A DNA stretch of 63,952 nucleotides, counting the filler, from Folioceros fuciformis (taxonomy: Eukaryota): the NCBI GenBank assembly GCA_049999805.1. It is 9 parts of 9 records of this genome, joined end to end, with 100 filler letters (N's around TTAATTAATTAA, not from the genome) between each part and the next. Parts side by side here need not be neighbours in the genome. Positions count along the whole stretch, not along the records: positions 33,511 to 39,614 come from JBNGIO010001105.1; positions 39,715 to 62,531 come from JBNGIO010001107.1; 7 more parts are not named here. One strand, written 5' to 3'. The translations under genes and the position numbers were made by a program. The notes beneath the pieces are model-generated. The model did no database searches and had not been told where the DNA came from. It saw only the letters and a program-made list of their open reading frames with translations. How positions within the stretch are numbered: position 1 is the first letter of the stretch; each line of letters begins with the position of its first letter. Shown in pieces: positions 35,461 to 49,300 of this stretch.

Positions 35461-37802
35461 ACAATTTTTATTTGGTTTGGGCAAAGCACAAGTAGGTTTG
35501 GGTTGTAGTTTTTGCTTTTTGCAAGTTAGCCAGTGTGTTTCTAGCAGCTGTTAGTGTGATATGTGGCTGGGATTTATGAGCACTGTTTTGAAATTCATTT
35601 TGTGTTCCTGTGGCCATTATTGTGTTTTGCATTTGCAGGAGGAGATTGGCTATTGTTCTTGTCCAAAAACACTTTGATGGACGATGAAGGAGGCTGTGAC
35701 ATTCATCGAACAAGGCCGTACGTTTCTAACCCTAAACCTTCACCTCCCTTCCCCATTGCATTGTACAAGTTTTAGAGTGCTCATGTTTCGTGGTCAAGGC
35801 CCTTTGACTCCACTAATGTGCAGTGTGGTCAAGGCCCTTTGACTCCACTAATGTGCAGTGTTTTCAATTGCCACAGAGTTTTTCTGGTGCCGTTTGTGGT
35901 GTTCAGTTCACTGGTATGAGCTTTGCTGTGCAGATATTCATGTCGGGATAGAAACTATCACGAGCCTTGCATTTTTGGTGACTAAGAAAATGGAAGACTA
36001 TGTGACCTAGGGGATACTCCAACCATTAGAAGGAAGGTCCTTGATTATAATGAACGGCTTGACGACTACGACATTCTGTAGTGATCCTATTGGTGAACGA
36101 TGTGTTTGGTGGTACTAGTAGTGGTATTTGTCTTCCTATTGAAGAGACATCTATACATTATTGAGAATAGATTATTTCATCTTGCAAGTCAAGCTTAGGG
36201 CCAAGTGGAAGTCTGGTCTTGATCAGGAGTCACATAATTCAGTTGTCGAAGAGTCGGGTTTTGGTAGAAGTTTTGAGCTTCTAATTTAGCAATAGATAAT
36301 ATATAATTCTGTAGAAACAAATTAAATAATTTCTACCCCCTTTTTGTCTTCATGAAGAAATGCTGCACTCTTAGGCTGAACATGCATAACATTCCCTTCC
36401 CTCGACCAGCAACATCCCATCAAGCGTACCATACAATTTCATATTTGAAATATAGGAAAAAATCTCAAATATGATGAAAAGGAAGTTGGCGAGAGATCCG
36501 CACTTGCACTCCAAAGTTGGATGCTAGCATGAAGTCTATGGAAAGGTTCTTCATATTAGGAAATAAATAGAAGATATTTTTAAATTTATAAATATTCACC
36601 CATAACTTAATACTCACCTTTGTATGGAGACTCCACTTTCCAATATTGGATTCATCTCCTAAATTAAATTCTTGATGTAATTTTGTATCAAAAAATAACT
36701 TGTCTCAAAAATATTTGTGCATCTTAGTGCTTGTGAAGGACAATCTTATGCTTGTAATAATTCAGAATTTGATACTGATATCTTAAACAACATCTTATAT
36801 TTTACCTATTCCTTTTATGCAATAAATAAGTACTAAGCAAGGGACCCTAAACTTAAACCGTTCAAGATTTGAATGACGTTTGATAAAATAACTTGTATTT
36901 TAGCCATTTTCTTACAATAAAAAAATTAAGGAGGAAGAGTATAGTTTGAACTGAAGGAACTCACAAACAAACCATGTCAATAATCCGTTGTTGAATCCAT
37001 GTGGTATTGCACTATCACCATTGAACCATGTTGCCTACTAGTGGGGATTCGACGGCGTAAATAAATATCATACCCGTCGTGGATGCTTCATGTCAGGCAG
37101 GTGGCGTCGGCGATTGGCTTTGGAGATGCTTGGAAATCGGTATTGGCGGCAGGGAAGCCGCGAATCACGACCTGCATGCGCCCAGATAGGGGCATGTGCA
37201 GGAGGCCGGACTTGCTCGGAACCCCGGGGACTGGTCCCTGACAATGTCCAGTCCAGTCAGGTGGCCGTGGGTGTCGCTCCCAGGAGTTAGGCCCAACAGC
37301 TTCAAAGCAGGCCTCCCACGTGTCCCACTCCACACTGGCTGCGACTGCAGCGGCCATTTGTGTTGCGCATTCCGGGGTCCCGGGGTTGCCGTGTCCGTCA
37401 AGCATACGAAGCTGCCTGGCGAGTCTAGGCTGGTCTCGATCCAGGTGCCGCTTCACAATTTATGTCCGCCTTGCTTGAACGCCTCTGACAGGCGAGGAAA
37501 GCCAAGAGCAGGGGAAGCGAAGGGGAATACATGGTGTAGAACGGCGGCGCTTTGTTGTGTTGAGAGAGTGCAGTAGGTGAGCAGTGCATGGCTACTCCCC
37601 AGCCCGTTCTCATTCTTGGCGCCCGCTGAGCAGTCCTTTGCACGTAGTACTAAATTCGGTTTCGGTTGGCGCTGTGCTGCAGCTGTTCAAGATCCCAGCG
37701 GAGGAGATATATATACTGAGTTGAGCTGAGTCAGTCGATTTGAGTTGAGTGGTGCGGAATTGGACTTGGTGTGAGAGCTTGAGGGACCTTTGGGTGCGAG
37801 AT

Positions 37803-39254
37803 ATGAGCTTCGTGCGGGCTGGCGCAGCGATGAAGGGTTATCGCCTCAAGCACGCTCTCCGCTCATGGCAGGCCGTGCAGCAGAATCTCGCTGCGCTGGG
37901 AGCCAGGGAGGAGCTTGCGGTGGCGGGTAGCGGATCGCGGCGGGTGTCTACTTTTGCCGCTCCGAACGGCATTGCCGCGGGTTTTCGCGGTTTGTCTGCC
38001 ACCAGATCTGCGTACGACTTGGTGGCGGAGAAGTACGTGCTCTGGGGAAGGGTCGCGGTCGGGCCTGCTGGATCCAGGCTCTTCTCGGCAGACGCTGCGC
38101 TGCACAAGGATGAGGAGGCGGAGAAGAAGCCGCAGGACCTAGGCTCCAAGCTTGAGGCGGGCAAGGTGGCAGGGGTGACGTCCTACTGGGGCATAACTCC
38201 GCGAACTTACCACCGGGAGGATGGCACGGTTTGGCCGTGGAAGGATTTTCAGGTGCGCCGTCGTGAGCTTGCCAGGGTTTCGAGGTCTGGATGTAATTTT
38301 TGAGAGAGTTGGGAGAGTTTCATGTGGTTGTTGTTTGTTTTTGCGTTTGTGTGTTGCGCAGCCTGGCGATGCGTACGTTCCTGATACTACGGTGGACCTC
38401 GGCAAGCATCACAAGCCTGAGAACTGGTCTGACAGGATTGCCTATTGGACTGTGAAGTCGTTGAGGGTGCCGACGGACATTTTCTTTAGGGTAAGCTTGT
38501 TCTCGTGCAAGTTGTCACCTCTGATAATGACGTTGGGGTGAGGTTTTGAGATGTGATCCCGACTCTAGCACCTTGCAATTGGTTGCCTGCCTTGGCTTGG
38601 GTTGCCCGCTTGACTTGCCCATCGTCGAATATGTGGTCTCCTTCTCCGGGGAGTAGAAGGCATTTGCAGCAAGATCGGAGCATGTCTCTTCACACCAGTA
38701 TGGGTGCAAAAATGTCTTCCAAGAGGATGCACCACGCTGATGTGTAGGGATAAGGTGAGTTGCACTCATTCTTCTGGTCTGGGCTGCTGCTACTGCCTAC
38801 TTCTCCTTGGGATGGAGTCGGGTTCCAGTTGGAGGAGCCCCACCAGCCGCTATAAGTTATTGGTTCTTTGCAAATGTCCGTTGATTGTTGGGATGCGACT
38901 CGCCTATCTTCTCTCCTTCCTGCGTACATATGGTTGAGGTTCCTCACAGTTTGAGTTACTTTATTGCTAACCGCCGGCCTTGTGGATCATCCACAGAAGC
39001 GGTATGGATGTCGAGCCATGATGTTGGAAACTGTTGCTGCTGTGCCCGGGATGGTTGCTGGAATGCTACTCCATTTCAAGTCTTTGAGACGCTTCGAGAG
39101 GAGTGGTGGCTGGATAAAGGCTCTTCTGGATGAAGCTGAAAACGAGCGCATGCATCTTATGACTTTCATGGAGGTTTCACAGCCCAAGTGGTACGAAAGA
39201 GCTCTGGTTCTGGCAGTTCAAGGAGTCTTCTTCAACGCCTACTTTCTCTTCTAC

Positions 39255-39296
<42 letters not shown>

Positions 39297-39614
39297 GAAG
39301 AGGAGGCCATATATTCCTACACGCAGTTTCTGAAAGAGATCGACAATGGGCACATTGAGAACGTCCCAGCTCCCGCAATTGCCATAGATTACTGGAAATT
39401 GCCGAAGGATGCATCTCTGCGGGATGTGGTGGTGGTCGTTCGTGCAGACGAAGCCCATCATCGGGATGTGAACCACTTTGCGTCAGTGAGTACTTCCACT
39501 TCATTTGCCTTGTAGTTGCGTGTATTGAAGCATAGTATTGTAACATTTTGAAGGTTTGTTCTCTTGGTCATTACAGGATGTTCAGAAGGAGGGCAAGGAT
39601 CTGAAAGACGTACC
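37803..39614 (+). CDS. AOX: Mitochondrial alternative oxidase; exons 37803-38252, 38362-38490, 38997-39485, 39577->contig end
   Basis: [44 protein letters not shown] di-iron motifs; exon 2 is 129 nt and exon 3 is 489 nt, the canonical plant AOX sizes. Confidence 0.96.
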
Positions 39615-39714
39615 NNNNNNNNNNNNNNNNNNNNNNNNNNNNNNNNNNNNNNNNNNNNTTAATTAATTAANNNNNNNNNNNNNNNNNNNNNNNNNNNNNN
39701 NNNNNNNNNNNNNN

Positions 39715-40118
39715 TCACGGACTCCACGCCGGTGTTCGGATCGGTCCTCGAGGGCGGGGACGCAGTGTCGCACTTCGGCAATGGCATCGTCTTTGACTAC
39801 CCTATCACCGGCGGGGTCACCGTGGACACCCCGCTCTTGGGCAACGCGCGGGGCTTTTACGTGGCCAACTCCAACACCCAGGGCAGCGAGACCTTTCTGG
39901 AGGACTTCACCGTCTCCTTCACGGCGCTCAGCCAGTACTCCAGCAGCTCTCTCCAAATCGCCGGCCTCTGGAACGAAGCGGATTCGGTGCACGAGTTGCC
40001 TGTCACCGGCGGCACTGGCTACTTCCGCTTTGCGCGCGGATACGCCTTGATCGAGCCGGTTCCCCAATCCGAAACGGATACTCACTTCGTTCGGATCACG
40101 CTGGATATTCCCTACTGA
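39715..40118 (+). CDS. Dirigent-family protein, 3' part
   Basis: FGNGIVFDYPIT, LLGNARGFY, ELPVTGGTGYFRFARGYA dirigent motifs. Confidence 0.9.
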
Positions 40119-40435
40119 TGTGCCTGCCTGCCTGCTCCTAGCTCAGGTGAAGATGAAGTTCTCTCTGCATTCTTGTTCTTTCAATTGTGGAATAAAGAGC
40201 AGCGGCAAGGCAAGGGTGCTGACTGCGAGCTGTGCTTTGGAAGGACAGCGGGGTGGTTGGAGCCTGGTGGTGTCTCATCGTGCTCGTTTCCCTTCCACCT
40301 GTGTTTGCCACTCCCCGCAAACTGGGGATGAGATTCCCCATGTTCCGTTTGCCGAACGGGCTAGTTCGGAGCCTAGTGCTGGTCGATCGGGCCTAGCGTT
40401 GGTCGATCGAGGCCTAGTGCTCGTGGGTGCTCGTC

Positions 40436-40535
40436 GGTGGCCACAAGTGTTCTCAGCACGGGACATGAGAAACCCTGGAGTTCGTATCCGTTTACGCCGG
40501 TAGGTGTTATCCGTTTAAATGGTACTAATAATATT
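40436..40535. repeat. Dispersed ~100-bp repeat; reverse-complement copy at ~30398-30500; probable transposon (sub)terminus
   Basis: ggtggccacaagtgttctca.cacgggacatgagaaaccctggagttcgtatccgtttac...ggtactaataatat is shared by two different contigs. Confidence 0.8.
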
Positions 40536-40539
40536 TGTT

Positions 40540-42080
40540 TAAGGTTACAAGTGCAATCTTAGGGACGGGTGTCCAGGTTTAAGGTTACAAGTGCGACCTT
40601 AGGGGCGTGTCCAGGTTTAATGTTCCAGGTTTAAGGTTACAAGTGCAACCTTAGGGGCATGTGTCCAGTACTCCCATCATTCCTATGTTGCCATGTTGTT
40701 AGGGCGGCATGTGCAACTTGTTTTGAAACATCCTTGTGTTGTTATGAGGGATAGGGACGTTGGTTCAAGTTTGAGATTAGGCTTATAGTTAGGATTAGAG
40801 ATTTATTAGGGATAGGGATGTTGGTTCAAGATTGAGATTAGGGTTATAGTTAGGATTAGATATTTATTAGGGATAGGGATGTTGGTTCAAGATTGAGATT
40901 AAGGTTGGGGTTAGGGATAGGATTAGGGTTTTATCGTTAGAGATAGGGGTTTAGGGTTGAAGGATAACAATATGAATTTAAATTCTTGTAGTAATTTAGA
41001 AGAGTTACTAACTAACTTACCTTTTGTGGTGCAACTTCCTAAATTAGGGTTATTTAACCATACTCACCTAAAATGGATTTCTTCTCAATATGACCATTCT
41101 AGGGCACTAGGGCAACAAAAACATGTGAGAGTGGCTCACATACCTTATCTAGAGTAGGAGACTTTATTGAGCGATTTTGTGGTATAAGCTCCCATCCTAC
41201 AAACTTTTACAAGAAGGATTCTAAGGGTGCAAGAAGAATTCTGAGGGTCCATGGAATTTCAAGAAGGATTCTAAGGGTGCAAGAGGATTCTAAGGGTCCA
41301 TGGAATTTCAAGAAGGATTCTAAGGGTGCAAAAAGAATTCTAAGGGTCCATGGAATTTCAAGAAGGATTCTAAGAATGCAAGAAGGATTCTAAGGGTCCA
41401 TGGAATTTCAAGAAGGATTCTAAGGGTCCATGGAATTTACCTCATCCTGCAATATCGACAATGCTTACAGCTCGTCCTGTAGTACTGATAGTGCTTACAC
41501 CTCATCCTGGAGTACCGACAATGCTTACACCTCATCCTGCAGTACGGATAGTGCTTACACCTCATCCTACAGTATCGATAGTGCTTACACCTCATCCTGC
41601 AGTACCGATAGTGCTTACACCTCATCCTAGAGTGCAGTATCAACAATGCTTACAGTACGAACAATGTCTACACCTCATTCTGCAGTACCGATAGTGCTTA
41701 CACCTCATCCTAGAGTGCAGTATCGACAATGCTTACAGTACGAACAATGTCTACACCTCATCCTGTAGTACCGACAGTGCTTACACCTCATCTTGGAGTG
41801 CAATACAGACAATGCTTACACCTCATCCTACAGTACGAACAGTACTCACACCTCATCCTGCAGTACCGATAGTGCTTACACCTCATCCTGTAGTACCGAC
41901 AGTGCTTACACCTCATCTTGGAGTGCAGTACAGACAATGCTTACACCTCATCCTGCAGTACGAATAGTACTCACACCTCATCCTGCAGTACCGATAGTGC
42001 TTACACCTCATCCTGTAGTACCGACAGTACTGATAGTGCTTACACTTCATCCTGCAGTGACAGTACTTGCAGTGCTTATA
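40540..42080. repeat. Stack of tandem arrays: ggttacaagtgc units, 60-bp x~3 (40745-40905), gaaggattctaagggt units (41210-41440), 30-bp minisatellite gtgcttacacctcatcctgcagtaccgata (41430-42080)
   Basis: Direct reading; lies just upstream of the MULE transposase. Confidence 0.92.
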
Positions 42081-42137
42081 GCTGCATCATATGTCAGGTA
42101 CGAATGCTTGAATTATGCAAATTGTTTTATTACTTAG

Positions 42138-44086
42138 GGAGGTGTTTATATTTTTACTTCGGGACTAGAAGGTATTGGTGTTCTTACGGCCCATTAGACT
42201 TTATACAAAAGGAGGTTGGAGTGGTTTGTGGTGCTAATACAGCTAAGTGTAAGGTCATGTGCGTAGAGAGTGTGAAGCATGGATGCCAAGAAAATTTTAG
42301 GGTGAAGAAACTTCTTTTATGGCCTATGATTGTTGAGATTGGTCTTCTTGAACACAGGCATACTGACCTTTCAAATGCTGTATGCCATGGGCCTGGTTAC
42401 GAAGGCTTACCCCGGATATTAGAGCAACATGGCTTTAATAGGAAAAGAAGGATTGGATAAGGCATTGTCTACATTGCAAAGTTCATATAGACAAAATAAT
42501 GCACCGACATCAAGATGCATTATATGCTTGAATCAACAATAAGATAAAGGTATATGAGCTAGTATGGGATGATTACATGCAAAAATATGACGTTCTCAAT
42601 ATACTTATACAAGTTGAAGTTGGTGAATGGAACCTAGCCCGAATGATGCCACATTAGTATCATTATGGTTGGAGCAAAATATGTCTATAATTTTCCACCA
42701 ATCAAGCGAGAATCAACATTTTGCTTTTGGTATCCAAAATCCTTTTATGTTAAATTGCATGTTGCTTTATGGGAATAATAATATGCTAACTATGGATGCA
42801 ATTTTTGGATTGAAAGGGTATTGCTACCACTTATTCATGGTGATGGCTCTTAACCATTATTTGAATGAAGTTCCAATAGCATTGGCTATTACAAAAGATG
42901 CTACCATAAAGTCTCTTGTTAGTTGGCTCTCATCTTTAAGGAAGAAGGTTGAAAAAATCAACAAGGATTGGACACCAAGTTCATTCCTTGTTGATGATTG
43001 TTAGGTAGAGATTTTTGCTATTTGCTCAATGTGGAATCATAACATCCTTATATTACTATGCTTGTGGCATGTGCGGAAAGCGTGGAGGCAGAATTTATTG
43101 AAGAAAGTGCACTCACAAAGTAATCGAATGTCAATATGGGTAGAGCTGGGGATATTATGTATGTCAATGGAGCAAGCACCACTTTAAATTGTGTTTCGAT
43201 AGGAAGAAGAATGTTGAAATTTTTTTATGACAAGTGGGAAACAAGAGAAGGATACTTTGTGAGGTACATGAAGATAATGGAGGGAGACTATAGATATGTG
43301 GTTGTGTAATGCTAAAATGCTGCCTTACGCAGGGCAACATACAACTTCAGTTGTGGAAGGATTCCACAGATTCATAAAAGAATATGTAGCTTTCATAAGT
43401 CAAGTTTGCTTGGTCGTAGACTAGACTATATACTCCACCAATTAATCAATGTGATTGCTGGACATTATTGGTACTAACACTTTACGAAAGAAGGGGGATA
43501 CAAGCATAACAAGAAGTTGGAGGCTTTGGAGGAAACAACTATGAAGGGTGCAGAAACTATTCCTATAAGCTCAGTTATTTTACCTCAAGCTGAAAATGTT
43601 GTTGCCCATTGTTTGTCTTCGTCCACCCCTAACTTGTAGTATATGATTGCACATGTTTACTCTCTTTGGGCTACATTCATACATCCTATGGGGAACAAAG
43701 GTTTCATTTGCAAGTACGTGATGAAAGTTCAACAACTTTTAGGCATACATAAGGATGGTGGATTAGCAACTAGGCAAAATGAGAGAAAAAATAGAGCGAA
43801 TGTTGTTGAAAGTAGTAATAGTAAGAACTTAGCTAGGGCTTTAGGGAAGCAAGATGAAGAAGCTCGAAACAATGTATTGCTTACTAATCCTTTGGTAGCA
43901 CCAATATCAAACACACGGTTTGATGTGACGAAAGAAAAACAGTTGGATTTTATTAAAACAGCTTGTGCTGAAGTATGTGATACCGCATATAAGTGTGCAA
44001 ATTTAACTTTTGAGATAGCTTTCATTATAGAGCAAACTCAACAGAAGCTAAAAAACTCAATGAAAACAAGTGGTGGAAACTTTTGA
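42138..44086 (+). mobile_element. Mutator-like (MULE) transposase pseudogene with degenerate SWIM-like region
   Basis: TMDAIFG..YHLFMVMA..VPIALAIT, PSSFLVDD, LLCLWHVRKAW, GFICKYV; several stops and frameshifts. Confidence 0.82.
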
Positions 44087-46619
44087 TGAATGAGAGAACC
44101 AATAGACTAAAATGATATATTGGTTTGGAGGAAGTTTGTGTAAGAAGAAGAAGATGGTGAGATGGAAACCTACCTTTCCGTCTACATATATGCTAAAATA
44201 TCCCGTCTATGCAAATGCTTAGGCAATCGCAAGCGCACCATTGCCCTTGTGAATTGCATCACCTGTGATGCCCGTCTCCACAGTTGCTTAGGCATCTGCC
44301 CGTGTGTGCACTCTTTCTTGCCCGTCTCCACAGTTGCTAAGGCATCTGCCTGTGTGTGTACGCTTTCTTGCCCGTCTCCACAGCTGCTAAGGCGTCTGCC
44401 CGCATGCGCACGCTTTCTTGCAAGAGCAAAGGTTTGAAAACGTAAGTTGAAATTGGAGTTTGAAAGCGAGGGTTTAGAAACCTTGTCTCCTAGGTATGGA
44501 CAGCTAGGTATGGAATTGCTGTAGCAACGGTAACACAAATGGCAACACAAAGTAGTGTTGCTATGTCACGTATGTGCATATGAAGTAGGGTACATCGAGT
44601 TGCGCATCCGCACGGGTTTGACCGTATTTGCCTTAATGGCCATCGGGTATCCATGGGAAAACCGCTAATATGGGCATTAAAAGGAGAGATTTGCACGGTT
44701 TCACTAGAACCACCTAATATTACATTACAATGAGGGTGTGGAATATTAAGGTTTGGATAATCCGTGTTAGAGATCCTTGAAACAAGGGTGTGCACTTTTG
44801 CAATGCACCTTCTACGCATGTTTTGATAACCATGTTCCCAACCAATCATGTCGGTCGGGCTCTTCCCATAAAAGTCTTAACTATAAGCAAAAGGCTGTTT
44901 GTCAAGAATGGAGTTATGAGACCATATCTTAGGTTTTACACGTATTGCATTACCTACATATTGTTTCGCACTCTAGAAAAGGCCCTCCAGAAAAGAGGTG
45001 CCCATACAACTACGATTTCTTCAAGATTCCTTGAACGAAGATGCTACATTGCTCAATAAGAGATGCTCTTCATTAGTGATTTTATTGAGCACCTCCATAT
45101 GTGATCCCTTCCTCCAACTTAGTCTGCTTTGTGTATGGGCCAGTGGAGGGTATGAGCATGAGAAGCTATGAAAGCACCGGCATGTGGGTGTCCGGCTATC
45201 CTACAACGATGGTAATCTAGGTTAGTCCATACCATAAGCTTGGACAAATAAGGTTCTGAATGAGACATTCAAATAGAAGGGCATAGGGCTTGTTTCAAAA
45301 TCTCAATTGTGTGCTAATGTCTCCATCACAACTTGGCCAATGCACAAGCAAGTATGGTTCTTGCTCAATCACATGGGTGCTCAAAACCTTTGCAAGCCAA
45401 AATTCCCTATTGTGTGTGTCTTCCTCATATGGTGTAACAATGAACATTCCTTTCTTAATCTCCAGGACATCGTCGTATGGCTTGCAATCTTTGCCTCCCA
45501 CCTGCTGGCATTTTTATAAGCAAAAAAGAGCTCTGACCTCTTTTTGCTAGCCTAGAGAACAAGTTTGTGTTGATGATGTGGGCACAACGAAGTGCCTCTC
45601 AAAGTGAATCTCTTTTTACTTGGCGAGTAAGAGTTCATATCACTAATGTGAGTGTCCCTTAGAGTGAACCTTGTCCTAAGATGGGAGTACAAGTTCATAT
45701 CACCACTGTGAGTGTCACAGATCCTATGAGGGATTCCATTTATAAACACATATATCATCATCAAACCTCTAAGCTAGGCAAATGAATGGAGCCTTGTGCA
45801 ATAGCTAAGATCTACTCTTTGGGCTAGGTGGTGGAAAGTTGTGCAATAGCTCATGGCCACAATTATTCTCCCTTATGGGATAAGCATGTACTCATATCCC
45901 TTAACCTTGAGATCCATGGTGTCATGGGAAAAGATTTTTCAAGGCTTATAAAAGGGTCCAAAGGTGTTTCATAGTCTTAGGGTGCTTGTCCTTTCCTAGG
46001 CAATAGCCATTCTTTTACCAACGAATTTCCATTCTTTTGCAAAGAACATGGATTAATGCAATCTATAGAATAGCTAAGGAAGGACTATCAACTTCATGCA
46101 TGAAGTTGAGTGCTAAACCCTGCTTCGCAAATGATGTTTGAGAGGGCTAGCCCTCCCATTAGATTGTGGCCCTCCTCGAGTTGTTCCTCTCATTCTTGGT
46201 TTGGCCCTCCTCGAGTTGTTCCTCTCATTCTTGGTTAAATGGGATCTTCCATCTCTTTTTCAATACATTATATATATATATTGGTAATTAATTAAGGATA
46301 TTATTATATATTATTTCTATTATACATACTAAATATTATACAAACTCTTAATGTACGAGGAGGACTCAAATCTAGTTGATTGAAATCCGAGAAGCCCTCC
46401 TGCGATAACCGGACGAAAATTCTATAGTGAGCAAACGGTTAACGATCAAAACCTCCACACCACGCAGTGAAACCTCTTTGAGGCAAATGGATACTCGGCG
46501 GGGGGTCATGAACAAAAATAATATGTAACGGATGGCTTCGTCCGTCTCTGCCTCAGGTCTTTGCGTCAGATAAGCTCCTAGTAGTATGGTATGCTATGGC
46601 ATGGTATCGTCGGAACCAG

Positions 46620-49300
46620 TCACCTCAGGCTCATTGACTCTGTAACAACTCCGGAACCGGGGCCGGAAGCTCCCCTGGTTGCTGACTCTGAACCTCCTGA
46701 CGAGATGTCACAAGCTTGCATCTCAATTATCCTCTGATCACTGTGGTTGAAATCATCCTTCAAGTTGTAAACCTTCTCAGCGTTAAGGTTGGATCCTTTG
46801 ATCCTTCGCAGCATTTCCACAACTTCACTGCATCGATGTTCTTGACACTCTTGACGACACCAGGCATGCCACCGCATCGTACGACCAAAAACGGTTAGTT
46901 TCCTTTCTGCTCTGAGCTTAACTGAAGGGCTCCTCACAGATGTAATGAAAATGTTACTCACCTCTGCAACTGCCTCAACTGCTTAGAACTCCAGGACCTC
47001 TCGTGAGAGACGATATGCACGGGTCAATGATTTCACGGACCCGCCCAATCCTGTTGAATGGGGTCATTTTAGCAAAGAACAAGGTTCTGCTCCCCAGCCG
47101 GATTTGAAAGGTAAATTGGTTCCTTGGACGTGATCAACTCCAGTAGCACAACTCCCAAGAGCTGAATCAAACATCTGTTTTGTTGGTGAGCTGCAAGTTG
47201 TGGAAATTCACAGGTTCCCTTCACAATTGCGGACACATATGTGGCTTCCAAATCCACCAGCTTAGAAAGCCCGACGTCCGCAACGTTGCATTGAAGTGGT
47301 GGTCTAGTAGGATATAATTTGGCACACTTCACGTCACCATGGACGATTTGTGGTGCTGTCTGAACGTGCAAGTACTCGAGTGCGATAGCTGACGTTTAAG
47401 AGCAATCCTGAACCTTGTGTTCCAGTCAAGCCTTCGCAGACAAGAAGAGGATCCACATTCACCTCACTGCAGCAACCAGAAGTTTGACAAGATTCCTGTT
47501 GTTCGCTTGCGAGAGGATGGCCACCTCGTTTACAAAGGACTCCACATCACTGGCATGCTTCGCCACTTTTTATTGGCCACGGTTGTACCATCATCCAGTG
47601 TTCCTTTGTACGCTGTGCTAAACCCTCCTCCCCGAACTTCGTTGTGTGCAGAGAAACTTGTTGTTGCTCGGTTCAGCTCATCGTAGATGAAGATGGTGAA
47701 TTGGGCAGTAAGTCTAGTGGCATGCCTCTACAAAATGCCACCGATGGCAGTCAAGGCATAACGAGACTTCCCGAAATCACCACTGATCACAACACTCGTT
47801 CTGGATACCTGCCGCTGGGATTAGATCCATATTGTCCCCAACAGTGCCGACACACTACGGCTACAAGTGTTGAGATGATGATCATGACGACGGTCGCTGT
47901 CATCGCTGCAACCACAGGAACAGATTGCAGCTGCATTTCAGTACTGGTCCAGAAGAACCCTGGACAGCAAGCAACATGGGTCTACCTGCCACTGGGAACG
48001 TCTTCCCCGTCGACGTCGTCCGACGCTGCTCCCCATGGCCGGGATTGGGACTGGAGCTGCCGTTAGTATCCCTGCTACAGCCAGGGTCCATCCCCACAGA
48101 GAGGTTGATTATATTACCAATTGCAAGCTTGCGATTAACTTTGGAGGAGAATAATGTGGCAAGGCATGGTGGAGTGAGAAGTTTCCAGAAAAGGCACCCA
48201 CATCATCTCGGGTTTAGGTCATCTCCGATTCTATCAATGTAATAGTGCACCGTGTCCCCATCATCTCCAAGAATCAGAACACTGTTGGGCATGCTGTAGT
48301 TACTCAGCGGCTTACGTTGTTTTTGTTCAGCGCAAAGTTGAAGGCTGCAATAGAAATGAGAGTAATGGCAACGAGTTCTTCATCAGGCAACCGCAAGCAA
48401 GGTAACTGTAACAACGCAAGGGCCAACATGCAACAACTTAAACTGGATGGGAGGGAGAAAATGGAGAATCTGCCAGGTGCATGTACCAATCGCAGAGTGG
48501 TTGAGCAACGGACTCGGGGGTAAGACCTGCTCGTAGAAAGTTGGGACCCTTCTGACGTTGCCGTTGAATAGTTGTAAGAAAGGGCGCAGGGAAAGTGTCC
48601 ACTGATGGCATCCGTTGTTGTGGATCAGGGTCCGGAGAGCTGGGATCCAGAGCAGGAGCAGGCGGAAGACTGGAGTCCAGGTACAGGACAGTGCCGTGTA
48701 CACGCATTCCCTGCACGCGGTCTTATCTACTGTTGGCAGTGGTGGTCCCTTCGCTGGTGAGATACCTCGTGCCAGCCAACGGGAGAAAAATGACTACAGC
48801 GGAGCAGTTGCCAATAGTGAATGCAGTGTCCGCGATGGAACAGTTGGCGAGGTCGCTGGCCGTCGAAACCTGCGTCACATCATGCCTGCTGCCGTCCATC
48901 TTGAACACTGAGGCAATGACAACATGGAGAAGCTTCTCATGATCAGAAACCAGCAAAGGCTTCCACAAGCATGACAACCCGGTGCAAACTTTGTGGAAAG
49001 CTGCAAGAGTGCCTTACACAAGGACTCGTTCACGTAGAACGTCGAACTGTCGGCCCAGCCTTGGTAGCAGGAACGTTGTGTCTTCCGGATAAGGAAACCG
49101 GTTGGGGTTCCCTGGAATGCTTCCGACCTCGTGCCGTACAAGGTCGCCTCCGCGCACAGGTACGGGAACGGCAGGCAACCAGTGAGCGAGAAACGAGTGC
49201 GATACAACTCCGGCGGGAGCCGATTCTGAAACGCGTTCACGATTTCGCCCTTCCTCTGCGTTCCGCCCGTACGTATCACAGATATGGTAGGGGACTGTGG
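46620..49300 (-). pseudogene. Malectin-like receptor-like kinase pseudogene
   Basis: Kinase scraps GGGFSTAYKGTLDDGTTVA, LDWNTRFRIAL, IVHGDVK, ADVGLSKL..ATYVSAIVKGT, GVVLLELITSKEPI; TM segment AMTATVVMIIISTLVAVV; many frameshifts. The malectin-like assignment is weaker than the kinase. Confidence 0.75.

Noticed and set aside
37088-37576. ORFs upstream of AOX
   Set aside because: No recognisable homology; overlapping on both strands.
40900-40960. Telomere-like TTAGGG/TTTAGGG motifs (also ~27915 and ~28321)
   Set aside because: Scattered and degenerate within TE repeats; not a telomeric array.
41430-42080. CRISPR-like appearance of the 30-bp array
   Set aside because: Head-to-tail units without unique spacers, eukaryotic context, no cas genes.
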